Made by a program: the position numbers and the translations under genes. 64,000 nucleotides of DNA, taken from positions 63,240,001-63,304,000 of the forward strand of contig OZ296652.1 of NCBI GenBank assembly GCA_965655095.1, in the 5' to 3' direction. Shown in pieces: positions 13,301-26,700 of this stretch (its first letter is position 1; every line of letters starts with the position of its first letter). Below the pieces are notes generated by a model that did not search any database, was not told the DNA's origin, and saw nothing but the letters and a program-made list of their open reading frames with translations. Source of the stretch: Haplodiscus bocki (taxonomy: Eukaryota).

Positions 13301-14210
13301 TACTCAACCGAGACTGGCACATTACTGGACAACAGAACCAGGCGTCGAGTGATCACAGCGAGATTCCGCTTCGCTTAACGCCTCGTCTGCACCTTTGTAG
13401 CTCCTTCGCCAGTTCGGGACAAAATGAACCGCCTCTGCTGAACCTTTGTAAAGAATTAAACATGCCCCATGTTTGCCCAAAGGAACCAAATTATTGCTAT
13501 AAACTTGATCTGAAATCCATGGAAGGATCCTCATCAAACATGTGGCGCGCCCAACTTCAAATTCCTTTCCAGAACCACCCGCAGCACCAGTACCAACTAT
13601 TCCAGGATAAGCCACAGGCTGCCTTGAAGAATCGAGTACTAAAACAGAAACCAACACGAAGGCATCTTCATGTATAAGCGCACGCGGCAAATCAGTGTAA
13701 AGAGGAATATGGATGGCCACTGCAATATTCCTACAAATAAAAAACAAACGACAAAGAAGAATGAACACTAACATGTTAGCATTTCAGATGCATCGATGAA
13801 AACCTCCATATCAGTTTCAGTAAACACGTTTGATCGTCTCAGCGCGTCAGCAAATGTGAAGCATCCAGACTCTGCAACAGCCTCCATGTTGACACCACTC
13901 ATTGAGTCAACAAACGCTTCCTCATTCACGTCTTCTCCTCTAGTTGCACAATCTGGAGGATTGCCAACACCAGCCTTACCACTAATCTGCTCCAAAGCTT
14001 GCCGAACACACTCCTCAACTTTTTTCTCTACAATGCTGGAAACGGGAAAAACGGGGGGATCAAAAGTAAAAATACTGGCCGCAATTCCTTCACGAACAAT
14101 CGCCTCAGTATCGCCAACCCTCATGAGCGTTTCTGCAAAAAAATGTATACTCTGCAACGTCTGATGAAATGCTCAATTCCAATGGATCAATGAAATACGC
14201 GGCTTTTACA
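10400..14210 (-). pseudogene. Element B antisense accessory gene remnant (homolog of element A 44742-48904)
   Basis: SRFFVTCATDA...VCRKNVSALKYGPHDLMRF...HFFRDQRLK (12632-12838) aligns with element A AKIFATGPEN...LCRRNVSMRSRGLYELKRHF...HLTADKRFR. YSVKF aligns with YSIEF. Limits are approximate. Confidence 0.7.
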
Positions 14211-14624
14211 TGGTAGGTTTATAAATTTATTCATCAACTTCCTAAATTTTTTCATTTTTAATAATTTGTCTGCCATTAACGACGTCAGCATATAACTTCA
14301 AAGACACGCTGAGGAGAGATACCAGAGTGTTTTTCATTTTTGGATTTCCAATCGTTAGTTTGATTACATCCTTTTACTCTCAATATGTACCTAGAATCAC
14401 TCGTTTTTATCAATTTTAGGTTTTACCGCGAGAACTTCAAACGGCTTCCCCCTGATAAAAGACCACTGACCATTCCCATAAAAATTTGGTCACTTTTTCA
14501 AGTCATTCGCTAAACTTCTGCAACTTACAGCAAAGACTCATGATTTTCATTTGCATGCTTAGAATTAATTCCTCTGACTCCATCAACAGACTCCCAGTTT
14601 TTCTATGTCAGGTGGTCGTCGAAG

Positions 14625-15194
14625 TTGCAGCGCCCACCAAGACATAACACCGCAGAAATTCCAAACTCAACGCAACTGTCTGGAACACTGACAGGAGAAA
14701 TACTAACCAATTTGTTCGTGGCATGTCTAGAACAGAAATTTGTAATGATTGAGTCAGACTCAATCGAACGGACAATCCCACTAACTCCCCATAGCCTAAA
14801 CGATTTGAATTGGCCACTGAACCCCTTCAATGCCATGACGCCAATATCACCGGCACTCAAAACTGAAACGCCAACATACCCTCCCGTATTCGAGCACAGC
14901 TCTATGTCTAAGGCACCCTCCGATAATTTCGATATCTCAACATCATTGATGAAGAGTGAGTACGGTGGAAGTATGGGAAGCATCTTCGGACCTGAAACAT
15001 TCGTTTCAGATAATCCACGAAGAACATCCATCGCATCGAGGAGGTATCACCACAAAACCGCAAACGCCGGGCAGACAGAAAAAAAACTGAGCCTGAGATT
15101 GTCTTTTCATACAAAAAGTGCAATGTCGCTGCACACCTGCGAAGCTTGCGGTCAACCCATGCCTGGAGTCAAGACTTCTCCGGACTCAGAATAA
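14625..15194 (+). CDS. Element B ORF3: Pro/Ser/Thr-rich protein ending in CxxC (HTCEACGQP) inside the 3' LTR
   Basis: 189-codon open frame at the same position and orientation as element A ORF3. Its last ~23 codons are in the LTR and are conserved in the sister LTR at 52600 (RHTCEACGEPLP). Confidence 0.5.
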   Translation: MQRPPRHNTAEIPNSTQLSGTLTGEILTNLFVACLEQKFVMIESDSIERTIPLTPHSLNDLNWPLNPFNAMTPISPALKTETPTYPPVFEHSSMSKAPSDNFDISTSLMKSEYGGSMGSIFGPETFVSDNPRRTSIASRRYHHKTANAGQTEKKLSLRLSFHTKSAMSLHTCEACGQPMPGVKTSPDSE

Positions 15195-16766
15195 AACTGA
15201 AGCTTTCCGATTGCATTTTAAGTTGAACACCTTTTATCATTTGTATTCAAGTTGCCCGTAAATTGACCCGTTGTGTATACGGATAACTCGTATGAACTGA
15301 TCAAGACTGGGACGGAAACTTTACGGAACAAACAATTATCAACCTAGTAGCTCATTGTGATTTGAAGGTTTCACATTTGTATTTATTTAATCAACATAAA
15401 GGTACTTTTCAATTAGAACAAGAGCTAAGTGCAGCAGTTTAATTAATATGACGCTGTCAATGATAAGTATTCACAGCAACTGTAGAAAAGCAAAAATGAC
15501 TCTAGGAGTGAAAAAGTGTTCCGTACGTGTTCCATCGCTATTAATCTGGTGAGGTCACAACAATGTTCACTCTAATTACCGTGCTACTATGCTTTCTTTT
15601 AAGGAATAATTTTGGAGTGGCTCCGTATCCATTCATTTTCACTTTCATAGGAGCACTGCTACTACCGGCGCTACAAGTGAACACAAAACAGTTTCAGAAA
15701 GGACTAGATGAAACAAGGAACGAACTGGTAGAAAGGAGGAGCAGACTAGGAACGTTTTTAGTTGCTGCCTAGTTCTACCTCAAATTTGCGCAGTAAGGTA
15801 ATATATATTCTCACCGTATGGGAACATGTAGAACTCAACTATTTTTTGTATTTTTTTTATTTTCACTGTAACATTTACCAGATGAAATATTTCAGTATTT
15901 TCCCATTATGGAGATCCACTGAATTTTTGTCTTTTACAAAATCTATTGTGATGGCGCGGGAATAAGCACTTTGATGTCCACCTCAGACAAATGAGGCCCG
16001 TACATTTTCTATCGAAATTTGGATAAGGTGCAGTGCAGCCTATGAGGGAAGAAATGGATGGAAAGTTGTTTATTCCCCGCCAGAGTCGGCCTTTTTCCTT
16101 CGTAAAAAGTATGGTTAAAGTACTTTTTCCTATTTTGTACCTTCAATTGGCGTGTGAACAATTATTTTTACCGCCAAGTGAAGGGTGTAAGGAGGAAAAA
16201 TGAAAGTAATAATGTTTAATATACATCTAACTGTACCGTTTGTGACTAGTCATACTTTGTGTTTATCATTAGGCTCGCCTCGTTTCTATTCGTGAAATTT
16301 TTGTGAAATCTCTCAAATTATTCAGCTTTCAATCGTATTCCACAAAATTTCCTTGAGAAATAGAAACCCTGAAAGACAAGAGAAAGTTGGCAGCAATTGC
16401 CAGAGATTGTTAGGAAGGACCTCTAGAAACAGTCACTCGCCGAACTCAGCCGTTTCCATAGTAAATGAGGAGTATATTACTCAAGTGTCGGAGGAAATAG
16501 AGCTTAGGTGACAAAGATTTTATCTCAGGAATTCAATAGAACTGAGAGCAGGTTTCTTGGTGCTCTGTCTAAACTTGACGAATTTCTTCCGAATCCACAA
16601 GTCCGGGTACAAACCGGAACCCGTCTAGTAACGTCCCGGAACATGAACGCAGGAAACCGGGAAAAAACTGGGGATTGTTCCCAGAACGATCCTCGTCCTG
16701 ATGTAGATGTCTCCGTTTGCCAGACCGCTTAACCCATGGACTTAGACCCAGACGAGACATACTAAA
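15124..16766 (+). repeat. Element B 3' LTR (~1.64 kb) containing a gag N-terminus copy
   Basis: Starts TGTCGC, like the element A LTRs and the 52600 copy. Contains KDKRKLAA...EEYITQVSEEIE...LGALSKLDEFL (~16370-16732), matching gag at 6328-6720. Homology stops where the first PBS-like site would follow. Confidence 0.75.
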
Positions 16767-18378
16767 CCCACCGTCGACGGAAATTATTGCAACGCTGCTG
16801 CACCTCTTGTTAAATATTTGACTCAATTTTGACTGCGTTGAAGAAGTTGAAACATAGCTTGCTTTTTCTCGGCTAACAATAATTTAGTGTATGCGAACCT
16901 CAAAGACTTTGGTGAAAGTTCCATTGGTTCTTCCAAAAAGACAGAAATAATACGCCATTATAACATAGGAATACTGGAAATGAAGAATTGTTGCCTTTTC
17001 TAGTTATGAGTTGCCGAAATGGAACTAAACTTAGAGCTTTTTGAAGCTTCTGCTCAAACAAGAATGTCTGAACCGCGTCAGTTTGAGCAGAAGTTGTTTG
17101 CTTTTTTTTTCAAGTTTTAGTTTTTGAAAATTTTCTTCGCTGATTTTGTGGGTGCCGCTCCGGATTTTTTTTCAATATCTACGGAGACATTTGAAAAAAA
17201 TCTGAACAGGCAAAACGAAACGATTTTCATATAATTTCAATTTTCGAAACATCTGAGACACGCCGTTTCCATTGCTGTGTTTTTATGAAAGATATCACTT
17301 TTCTGTCAACATTTATACTTAGTTCTGGTCTTTTTTATCTTTAGCTCGAAGCGTTTGCACAATACTTATCGCACCCATGCTTTTTGGTGATTGTTTCAGT
17401 TAGAGAATTCCTGTTAAAAGTTGTTTATTCGTTGTTTTGCATTTGTATCGTTGAGTTTTATACATAGTCATTTTAATCAGGAATTACTTAAACGATGCAT
17501 TAAACTTTGTTGGCCAATTTTCAACTGTGCGGCACAATGACCTTCATTTTTAAAAATTTTGACTGCTGAATTTAAATAGCATGTTAACCTTGCATCATTA
17601 AGTAATCTTTCTTCTTGCTTTTCAGGTCCTATCTGTGTATCCGGGGAATGTATCGAAGGAGCAGAAAAATGTTTGGAAGTCTTCGAAGAAAAGTTTGACA
17701 AAAATGACATTTTTGCGCAGCAGATGTTCGTCAAAGGAGTCTGCCTGCTCTTTAGTTATAGCACAATTGACAATTCCTCAGAAATACACGCGCTGGAAAA
17801 CGTCGAACACTACGCCTCAGCGCCGTTAGTATAAGAATGAAAAACAGAAACCATTCATGTGTAAACATGACAATTAACATGACACCTTTCGAAAAGTCAT
17901 TGAAAGGGCGTGATATTAGGATGAAAAGGAACTTTTTGGACTGAGATATCTAAAATCTCACAAATGTTAGAACAATTTTTCGCAAGAAACAATTTCGTTG
18001 AATCTTCTCAAGATAACAGTAGCGGATGATTAATTTGCCCTTCAAACATTTGTTCTAAAAAAACCACATCCAGTTTAATTTGGCGTTATTCTGGCACCTT
18101 TGAAACTTGCGATATATCAGACAAGAGTTGACATCCTTACAACTTTCAGTAATAATCATAGAAACTCCATGTTGATCCAGAGATTTAAATACATTTCCAG
18201 ATTGTCTGGAAACTGACAATTGATACACATTGCATTATTTTCAATGGAAATTGCTGTTTCAGAGCAAAAATAACACTGATCTGTGTTTTCACAGAGTAGC
18301 AACTCAGCGATTTTCAGAGCTGAAACAACTTTTGTCAAAACTGAAAATCTCTAGTCATTACTGGAAATGACTGAACAT

Positions 18379-19167
18379 CCCGGGTTGACAGCCATGGTGA
18401 AACATGACGATCATGCTATGACATGGTATGATCATGGTGATTCATACTCGCCATGGTATGATCATGGTAAGATCATGCCATGGTCATCATGAAATATAGC
18501 ATGATCATGGCATGGCAGTCATGGCAAATAGCATGATCATGTTATGGTGACCATGGTCAATATTATAACGTAGTTAGGACGCTAATTATCCAACCAACTT
18601 TGTTAATCAGTAAGCATGTGGTAGTCCCTTAGATTTTAACATGGAATATGTTGGACGAACTCATCAGAAACTACCCGACGGTCGTCTAATAAAATGTATC
18701 TCTCTCCCAAAATTTTGAAATTACCAAACATAACAAAAAGCTGTAACATGAGTGTTTTATTGAAACTGTTGTTTAATAAGAACTTGCTCTTTGTTTATTA
18801 CCGAGTAAAACTCGAAATCTTTCTGGAGTAATATTCGTTTAAGTTTGATGACTCGCCAATTTTGAGGCGGAAAGTCTTTTAAAGCCAGTCAAGTGTGCCA
18901 ATAAATGCTATACGGCAGCAACTATTCGGAAAAAATATTGACAAACAATCCATTTTTTTCAAAAAAAACGTGGAAGACCTGATGATCATACCATGATCAT
19001 GTTATGAACAATGGAAAACATGGTAATCATGCCATGAGTCATGACGACTATACCAAGAAACATGGCGGCCATGCCGTCATCATGGCATGATCACGACCAT
19101 GTTTCGCCAAGATCATGCTATGATCATGGCAAAATCATGGCATGGCAGCCATGTTTTCCAAACCGGA
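18379..19167. mobile_element. Non-autonomous DNA transposon (MITE) with CATG-rich subterminal arrays
   Basis: Left end CCCGGGTTGACAGCCATGG and right end CCATGTTTTCCAAACCGGA form an imperfect inverted repeat flanked by AT on both sides. Dense CATG/ATGATCAT arrays at ~18390-18560 and ~18980-19155. Confidence 0.65.
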
Positions 19168-20449
19168 ATCGCTTAACAATTTTGAAAATCTCTTAACCCT
19201 AATGGAGATGTCTGAATATCACTGAAAACCTCTGAAAACGACGGTTGGCGCTTTATATTGCCAAAAGGTCTTCAAGCTATGTTTCGTCGTTTTTTTGAAT
19301 TGCAGGTTTTTGAAAAAGGTGAAAATGAAAAATTTTTATTCATGAAAACTCCAAAATGAAAAAAAGCAAAATAGGAATTAGTTTGAAGTTAAGCACAGTT
19401 CAGGCAAAAGGCTTGACCTAGTGAGCATCACAATGCTTCAGGAGTGATTCTGAAAGTTCCGGGTTTTTTGTCTTTATAACAATAATATTCTGAAAAGAAC
19501 ATCTTTTTTGGCTCATTCAAATGCCAGTAACTTTCAGCACTGTTTGAGTGATGTGCAGAAATGTTCATCACCGAATCCGTTACAGCCAGATGTGTCAAAA
19601 TAAACGCAAAAATTTCTGAATCAGCGCTGAAAATCACTAAATATCTACAAGATTTCATCCCACGGAAGCATGCTTAACGATAATAAAAGAAACAATAATA
19701 ATGAAGAGACATTGTAAATAACTATCTTTAGGCGCATCCATAATTAGAAAGAACCTAAACTATAAAAAATCTTGCAACTACCGTTCCTGACAGTAAAATT
19801 TTCGGCTGATTACTCCAAACACTGTCAGCTAATCATTCTGCAGATATATTTGCTGTTGTGGTTGAAATGGAACATGAAGGCCGACTATCTACGGATAATT
19901 CTCGCCTTCCAAATTTGGTTACAAAGTATCCAGAGAAAAGTAGGAGCTTTCTATAAATCGAGCATTTATCAGTGATGAGCAAAAAACTGAATTCTTGAGA
20001 TCAATCGATGCAATGCTGAAAGTTGTAAAAGCACCGAAAAGTAGAAAATCACTGTTTCTTTGCTGTAAAAAACTCAAGAACAATTTTTTCCTTCAACAAA
20101 AGTAGTGGTCTTTTTTCTATTCGGAAACACTTTAGCTTTTTAAAGCCTTGGGGGTTGAAATTTATCCCGACAAATTTTGAAGAAAAACTGACCCCAGAAA
20201 AACATTGCCCAAATCAACTTACAAGCATCAAAATCAACTTACATAGTCATAAGGTCAATCAACACATAAAGTTCAATAACACTACCTTTAAGAAAACGTT
20301 TAATGAAAAAATAAACATTTTTACTATTCATACTATTATTATTATTACATAAATTTTCCACCAACACCGTCCAAAAAGACAACGATTTGGAAACGATAAT
20401 AGCAAAGTTGAATAAAACATTATACTTACTTGTACATTTATATTTACAA

Positions 20450-23400
20450 AATTTATGTTTGAAAAGAGTGGATAACCGTTTTATTGACTGATGGTAAGAC
20501 CATGTATATCAAACTGGACGCTTGGCTGTGCTTGTATGAATGAGCCATCAGACCCCAAACTTTAGCTGAGCGAATCAACGAAAACGAAAAACGATACCCA
20601 AAAAGAAAATACCTTCAAAAACATCTATTTTTAATTCCCAAGAACAGATAAAAAACATTAACATCAATGGCACCTGATTTCGTTGCACCTCTACTTTATT
20701 TGAATCCACTGAAAAAAAGTTTAAGCAAATGACAATAATAAAATAGTTATACAAATGTGTACAAAAAACCTAAATTTGAAGTTTGAATGTCTTTTTATGC
20801 TATATTGGATAAATAAAATTTCAATAGTAACGATGAAAAAACTGTCGCTTATTGAAGATGCTTTTTCAAACTTGGAATTGATTTGGAATTGGATCAATTC
20901 AGGATATTAGATACCCCAATAGAATTAAATACTGAGAGAAGATTTTAAAACGTGGAGGAAGCATGGAGTTATCTGGATCGGGCTAGGTGGTTGACAAAGT
21001 TGGCAATATGAGTTCTTACTTTAGAAGTCAGAATAACTAGATTGAATTTGTTAAGTTAAGCTTCTTTTAGATTACTTATTAATTTTAAAACTTCAAAATC
21101 AAACTCATAATGGTCGTGCAATTTGGAGTCCTAGAGTTCAATATTATCCAGTTGTAGCAGACCCCATCGGGATGCACAATTTGAAGAAGATTTTGATACA
21201 ACAAACAACTGGTACAATTGCGGAACATTATTTATATTTAAAAAGACATTCCTGAGTCGAAAGTTTAAAATTCTTTGGTATGGTTTTTCGAATTAGGGAA
21301 AAAACAAATATGCCTACCACCTGTCTTGGTTTCTGTAATTTTACGTTCTTTGTAAGGCTATCCCATTGATTTTTTTGTGGATATTGTTCAGGTTCCCTTA
21401 CAACCGATGATGAGTAGGAAAGACATCAGAAGACACGTGTCAGAAAATATCTTTGTTTTGTGGGATTATTACTTTGTTTGTTTTTTATTACTCTTGAAAA
21501 CGAACCAACTCATTTTCACAGTCTTGTTGAAATTTGGGTTGGATATTTCTAGAAAAACTTGTTTTATTACAAAAAAATTGAGACTGAGTTTAATAAATTA
21601 TAAAAAAAGCAACTCAAAAAATTATTACAAAAGAAACTGAAGAAAAGGTTGATAAAACTAAAAATTGTTGGTTTTGTGGCGACCCATTTCATGACGAAGA
21701 TGATGATAGAATTAAAATCGCAGTCACATTAAAGAAAAATTTTTCAAACCAGCACATAACCATTGCCATTTAAACGCAAAAACGAAATTTTCTGTCTTTT
21801 TAACAACAGTTACACATCTTATCAATAACCATGATTGTTGTTTATTCATCAAGAAGGTAATAGGCCAAAACAGACTTCTGTACTTTTCTAAATTGGCCTA
21901 AAAGCGACAAAACATTCGTTTCTATTACTTGAAGAAATCAGTGAAAGCATCTAACCACGAAGATTTCATTTTCATCAGAAACCTTTTTGAAGGTAAAGGG
22001 TATTACTTGGTAGAAAGAAAGCTCTTCTTTATGAAATAAACAAAAGAACTTTTGATCACCAGTTAACAACCGGAAAAACATTTTTCTTTGAATTTTTCTG
22101 GAAAAAAAACAACAACAAATTGATAAAAAGCAGTACAAAGAAAATTATACCGAAACTCGAAATAAAAAAGTAAAAAACAGTTACAATGACTAAATGTGAT
22201 TTAGAGTTTTTTACACTGATTTTATTCCAAAAATTGCAAAATGGTCAATCAAGGCAATTGGAATAAATCTTAGTATTTGGTTGCACTACCGGAGTCCATT
22301 GATCAATGCTCTTTGTATGAAATTAAGCAACAAGTAGCTTAAATTCGCGGCAACGAATTGTTTTCAGAAATCGAAAGTAGAAAACCCCGAGGACTTTCAG
22401 TTGCAACGGGTCCTAAGTTTGTTAGTTCAGTGAATGAGAGATAGCGTACCATGATGCAAGAAAATGAATTGTCTCTACTGCAAGCATTAACACATGCTGA
22501 TCTTGAATCTGATGAAAACGCATCGTTGGAAAGTAGACTTTCAACACAAAGAGATGTTCGAAGTGGTTAGTTAGTATAGGCAGATACGACACACTCAATC
22601 ACAAAACATAAATGTTCCTCTTTCGTCCAAATTGTAGAAAAAACGCGTCTCAAAATCTTCTACAAGTTTCATGAGAACCAAAACCCAAAACGAATACAGA
22701 CCTTTTAAAAAACGAGTTTCTGATTGAACTGACAAATGAAACTCCTTTTGTTGTCATCGAACTCTGAAATCTGAAATGTTAAACAGAAAAGAACCAACTA
22801 AGATATGTTCTCCGGGAATGAAACTTATAATTATCTTTCGCAAAGAAAAATTCATACAAAAAATAATGTTGTGCGATGAACCAATAGACATGCAGTTTGC
22901 AGTTTTGCAAATGTAAAAAACCGCATATGCATTAAGGTCTCTATAATCTAGTAAAATTTGTTTCCGTGAAAAAACCTTAATATTACATTATAGGGACACT
23001 GATTGTTTTGTTCTCAGTTTTGTAGCTGAAACAGCATCTACTAGTGGGGATCAGTCGAACTAAAAAAAATTATTTTAAGTTCGCAAATTTGAAAAAAAAT
23101 ATCCTGAAACAACTTTCAACGACAATGAAAATGCTTGTGGTAATTTAAAGAAAGAAACTCCTGAAACAAAAGCAAAGGAGGACTTTTGTCCACTAAAAAC
23201 TAAGTGTTTTGATTTCGAAGGAAACCGAAAGGCGGTAAAAAATATTAGTGAAACTTATATTTTGAAGCGACACTCATAAACGTCAGACTGGATAAATTTT
23301 TTGATTGCTGCGATAATAGGCTTACAGAAAATGATTACCTTATGACTATGTTGTAGGAAGCAGCAGAATGTTAAAAAAGTACAAGAAAACGTTTCAAGAA
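20450..23400 (+). pseudogene. Highly decayed family-B DNA polymerase, Polinton/Maverick (adintovirus)-like
   Basis: LHYRDTDCFVLSF at 22983-23021 (PolB YxDTDS motif) followed by ACGNLKKETPE...EDFCPLKTKCF (GKFKxE...F.xL.xK motif). Many stops; 5' limit uncertain. Confidence 0.6.
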
Positions 23401-23559
23401 CTTTTGATGAGTTAGGAAAAAAATGAAAGCAAATAAACATGATTCCTGGTAATGAAATTCAAATACATATTCAACTAAACGGATGTTCCTCCTTCGAAGC
23501 CAGGCAACCAAAGGGTGGTAAATTTATGATCAAACTCACAAAACAACTGACAAATTAAA

Positions 23560-23710
23560 CTTTCTAATTCTTATTTGATCTTCTATTTCGAAATTGGGCT
23601 ACTTTGCCGACAAAACTAAGCTCTTCGATATTTGATGACCTTGGAGTTTGGAGTTGTTAGACCCAAAAGAATACGGTACAAAAAATAACAGGGGTTATCA
23701 ATTTAGTTCA
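23560..23710 (+). pseudogene. Polinton-type retroviral-like integrase N-terminal fragment
   Basis: WSLELLDPKEYGTKNNRGYQF resembles the first catalytic strand (W.xDL.D......N.GY.Y) of Polinton integrases. Confidence 0.5.
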
Positions 23711-26700
23711 ATTATGGAATTTGCTTTTGATTTTTCTGTATTAATCATAGGTTGCAATCAAGATACCTTTGAATCAAAAATCTTGCTTCCAACTAAACCG
23801 ATCAAAAATCAAAAATATACCTGTTTCTGAGTCTGAACTGCACCTGGCGGTTTAAGAAAAGTGAATTTGAATTGAATATGATGCTCTACTGGCTTTGTTC
23901 ATTTAAAACTTACTGTAATAAAAACGATTATCAATTCCACTTTCTAGGCCAATTTCAAATGTCGATTTGCATTCCTGTATTACTTTTTTTGCTGCAAAAA
24001 TGGATATTTGATTGTAGAGTGGCTCGGTTGTTGCCTCAGAAAAAAAAAGAAAATGATGTCCAGACACTAGAGATTGCTGCCTAAAACTAGGAGTGTAGTG
24101 TAGTAAAAGCCAGCCAATAACCTTTGTGACAAATTGCCATATCTTTCAAGACTAGCTATATTTAAAATGGCAGTTGGTTGATTGCTAACTTATATCCCGA
24201 GACAACTGTTGTAAGTTCTCCATTAATCCTCTGCAAATAAAAGTCCTTTTACAAACCTAAAAACATAGGATGATTATTTTTTTAACTGCTTTGTTTTTCG
24301 TCCATTCCTGTTCCCTAGCTTCTCGACGACGTTTGAACCGTACTAAGAAAATACGGCTATTCTTATCAGTTGTTAAGTGTCTGTACATCAAGACATAATA
24401 TGATCAATACTTTCTACTGGAGTTCCACTACCACTAGTCAATTTTTACTCACTGAGAATTGCAGTTGCGCCTAAGCAAACTATTTTTTAATCAATATTAT
24501 GTGCAGAGGGTGTGTCATCAACAATTTGGAAAACAACAAACTCTATTTCTATAAATCTATCTTTCAGGAACCTTACTGTATCTTGCATCGGTATATCAAT
24601 AAAAGTTTACGAATTGATAGTGTCAGCAATGTTTTAGGATGAAGGTGTATCAGGAATGCAAATAGTTTCGGGGGATAGTCCATATACTTGATCATTTTTG
24701 TTCTTGCTCAGCTTTTTAACTTCTCTCAGATTCAAAATCCGTAAAATGGTTTGGTTTCTGGTTGGAGTAATGCAGGGTTATCTAATGGTTTAAAAAGTGC
24801 AGCATCAACTCCATCATCAAGTCTAATTCTATCATTTCCACCTGCTTCTTTTTTAACATGAAACGTCCATACAGTTACTAACCTCATTATTTTTATCTAA
24901 TTGAAACTGACTTTTCATCAGGATATTCTATTTTTTCTACCGTTTTATCACAATAAGCACGTATACTTTGTGTTCGGCTTATGATTTTTATAAATTTCGC
25001 AGAGGTTTTATCCATGTCGGAGTAATTCACATCACCTTTATCACTATTCGAAAACTGTAAAATTTTTGTATATCATCGTTTTTCACTGTAGTTCTTCATA
25101 TTTTTCCAGACTGAAACGAGAATCGTGAAGGATTTTTTTACGAACACGTTCAAGTGATTCAGGCTCAGATTTTTTTCTCGAAACTTTCTTTCTTTTGTGG
25201 TTTCAACAGACTTTGTGCGCCACTCAGTAAAAAAAGTGGCGTCCTAATGAAATTTCTGCTCACATAAAATTTTCTAAGAAATGCATCTTCTTGTGATTGC
25301 AGTTTGTAGAAAAGTTGGAAAGTTTCTAAATTTTCTTTGTTTTTAAAAGTGTATTTTTGATTTTTTATAGATTTTTACTGTTTCACAAACAGTGGATGTG
25401 TTTCGAGCCAGACAAGTAACTTAGTAACCAATGCTTTTCAAAAATATTTTGTGTCTGGTATGCATCTAATTTTTTCTTTTATATTCTTTCAAAAACTACA
25501 AAATCCTTCGCCTTTCCTTTGAGGTCTTTCAATGAAAAGATAAATTATGATTTCATCGTCGCAATATTTTCGACAGGCCTCTGCTTTTAACTAGAGAAAA
25601 GACAGGAATGTGAGAATTTTGTTTTCAGAAAGTTGCTTTGGCAGAGATTGATTTTTTTGACAATACTGGCAGCATTTTTTTAATTAAAACAACTTTACAT
25701 TTTTTTCTACCTCAGTATCAACAGTCACAATTTTTTTATTTTTTGTGAAATTATATTACAGTCGCTCCAAAAAACAAAAAAATGCTATATTCTATTGAAA
25801 AATTTGTTGTATATTTACTTTCAGGGAAAATTGAACTTCATTCTCTGAAATTTTTTGGACTAATTTTCAAATTTCTTCATATAAATCTGTCAAAATTTAG
25901 AAAAAATTGGCTGTGTTTTCTGTTTCCATAAACAAAATTGGGTAAAGAATCTGATAAAGATTCAGAATTGTTTTTAACAAATAATTTTTTGTAAAATGTT
26001 TCATTATTTTCAGTCAGAGTGGATGATAGTATGGTGATTTCTCTCAAATTTTTCCGATGCATCCTATCTGTTCGTATGATTACTTCAGTATAAACTTTAT
26101 TATTTCATGACTTTAGACTTGCAATCCCTCTCGATCTTCGTTTCACTACCAGCCCAAATCCCATGTTAGATAGTTCATCAGAAGTTGAGGTTGCAGCAAA
26201 AACTACAAAGTTGTCTACATTTTCATAATTTTCGGAAATTGTGTTATTTTTCGGATCTTTCTTTGGTTCGCTGTTTTAGTTTTTGAAAATTGTGATATTT
26301 CCTGAATGATTTTGTTTGAGTTTTCAATACCACTTATGAAACTTGTTTTTTTCTCTATTCTATCTATCGTAACAATTTCTGGCTCTAACATTGCAGTTGT
26401 ATTTTGCTTAGGTGCACTTTTCGAAAAATGGATAAGTCTGAATGTGCTTGAGAGGAAATTATAGAATTGGAAACATTTCAAAAATTTTTTTTTTAAAAAA
26501 AGGAATTTCTCAAGACATGTTTACTGGTATGACAAAAAGTACCTATCTGGAATTGTTCATCAGCGGTTATTAAAAAACGCTAGTTTTTGCAATGCTTTCG
26601 TTTGATTTGGAAAATTTTCTTCAGGTTTGTTGCCAGTTTTTCAGCAGACTTAGCAGAACGTGCACCTAAGATTTCAACAAAATTACAGGAATTCTCCGTT

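Larger units (their letters stand above)
5423..16766 (+). mobile_element. Element B: old, internally deleted Ty3/Gypsy LTR retrotransposon related to element A
   Basis: Order is LTR, PBS-like TGGTGA (6724, 6766), gag, RH-IN remnants, antisense gene remnants, ORF3, LTR. Peptides match element A: ENGTYEQIVSH vs ENGTYDQIVAH, AGYALLIEE vs AGYAVLIED, IPPSLWNACD vs IPPPLWNACD, MQIDLVPELP vs MQIDLLPELP. Confidence 0.85.
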
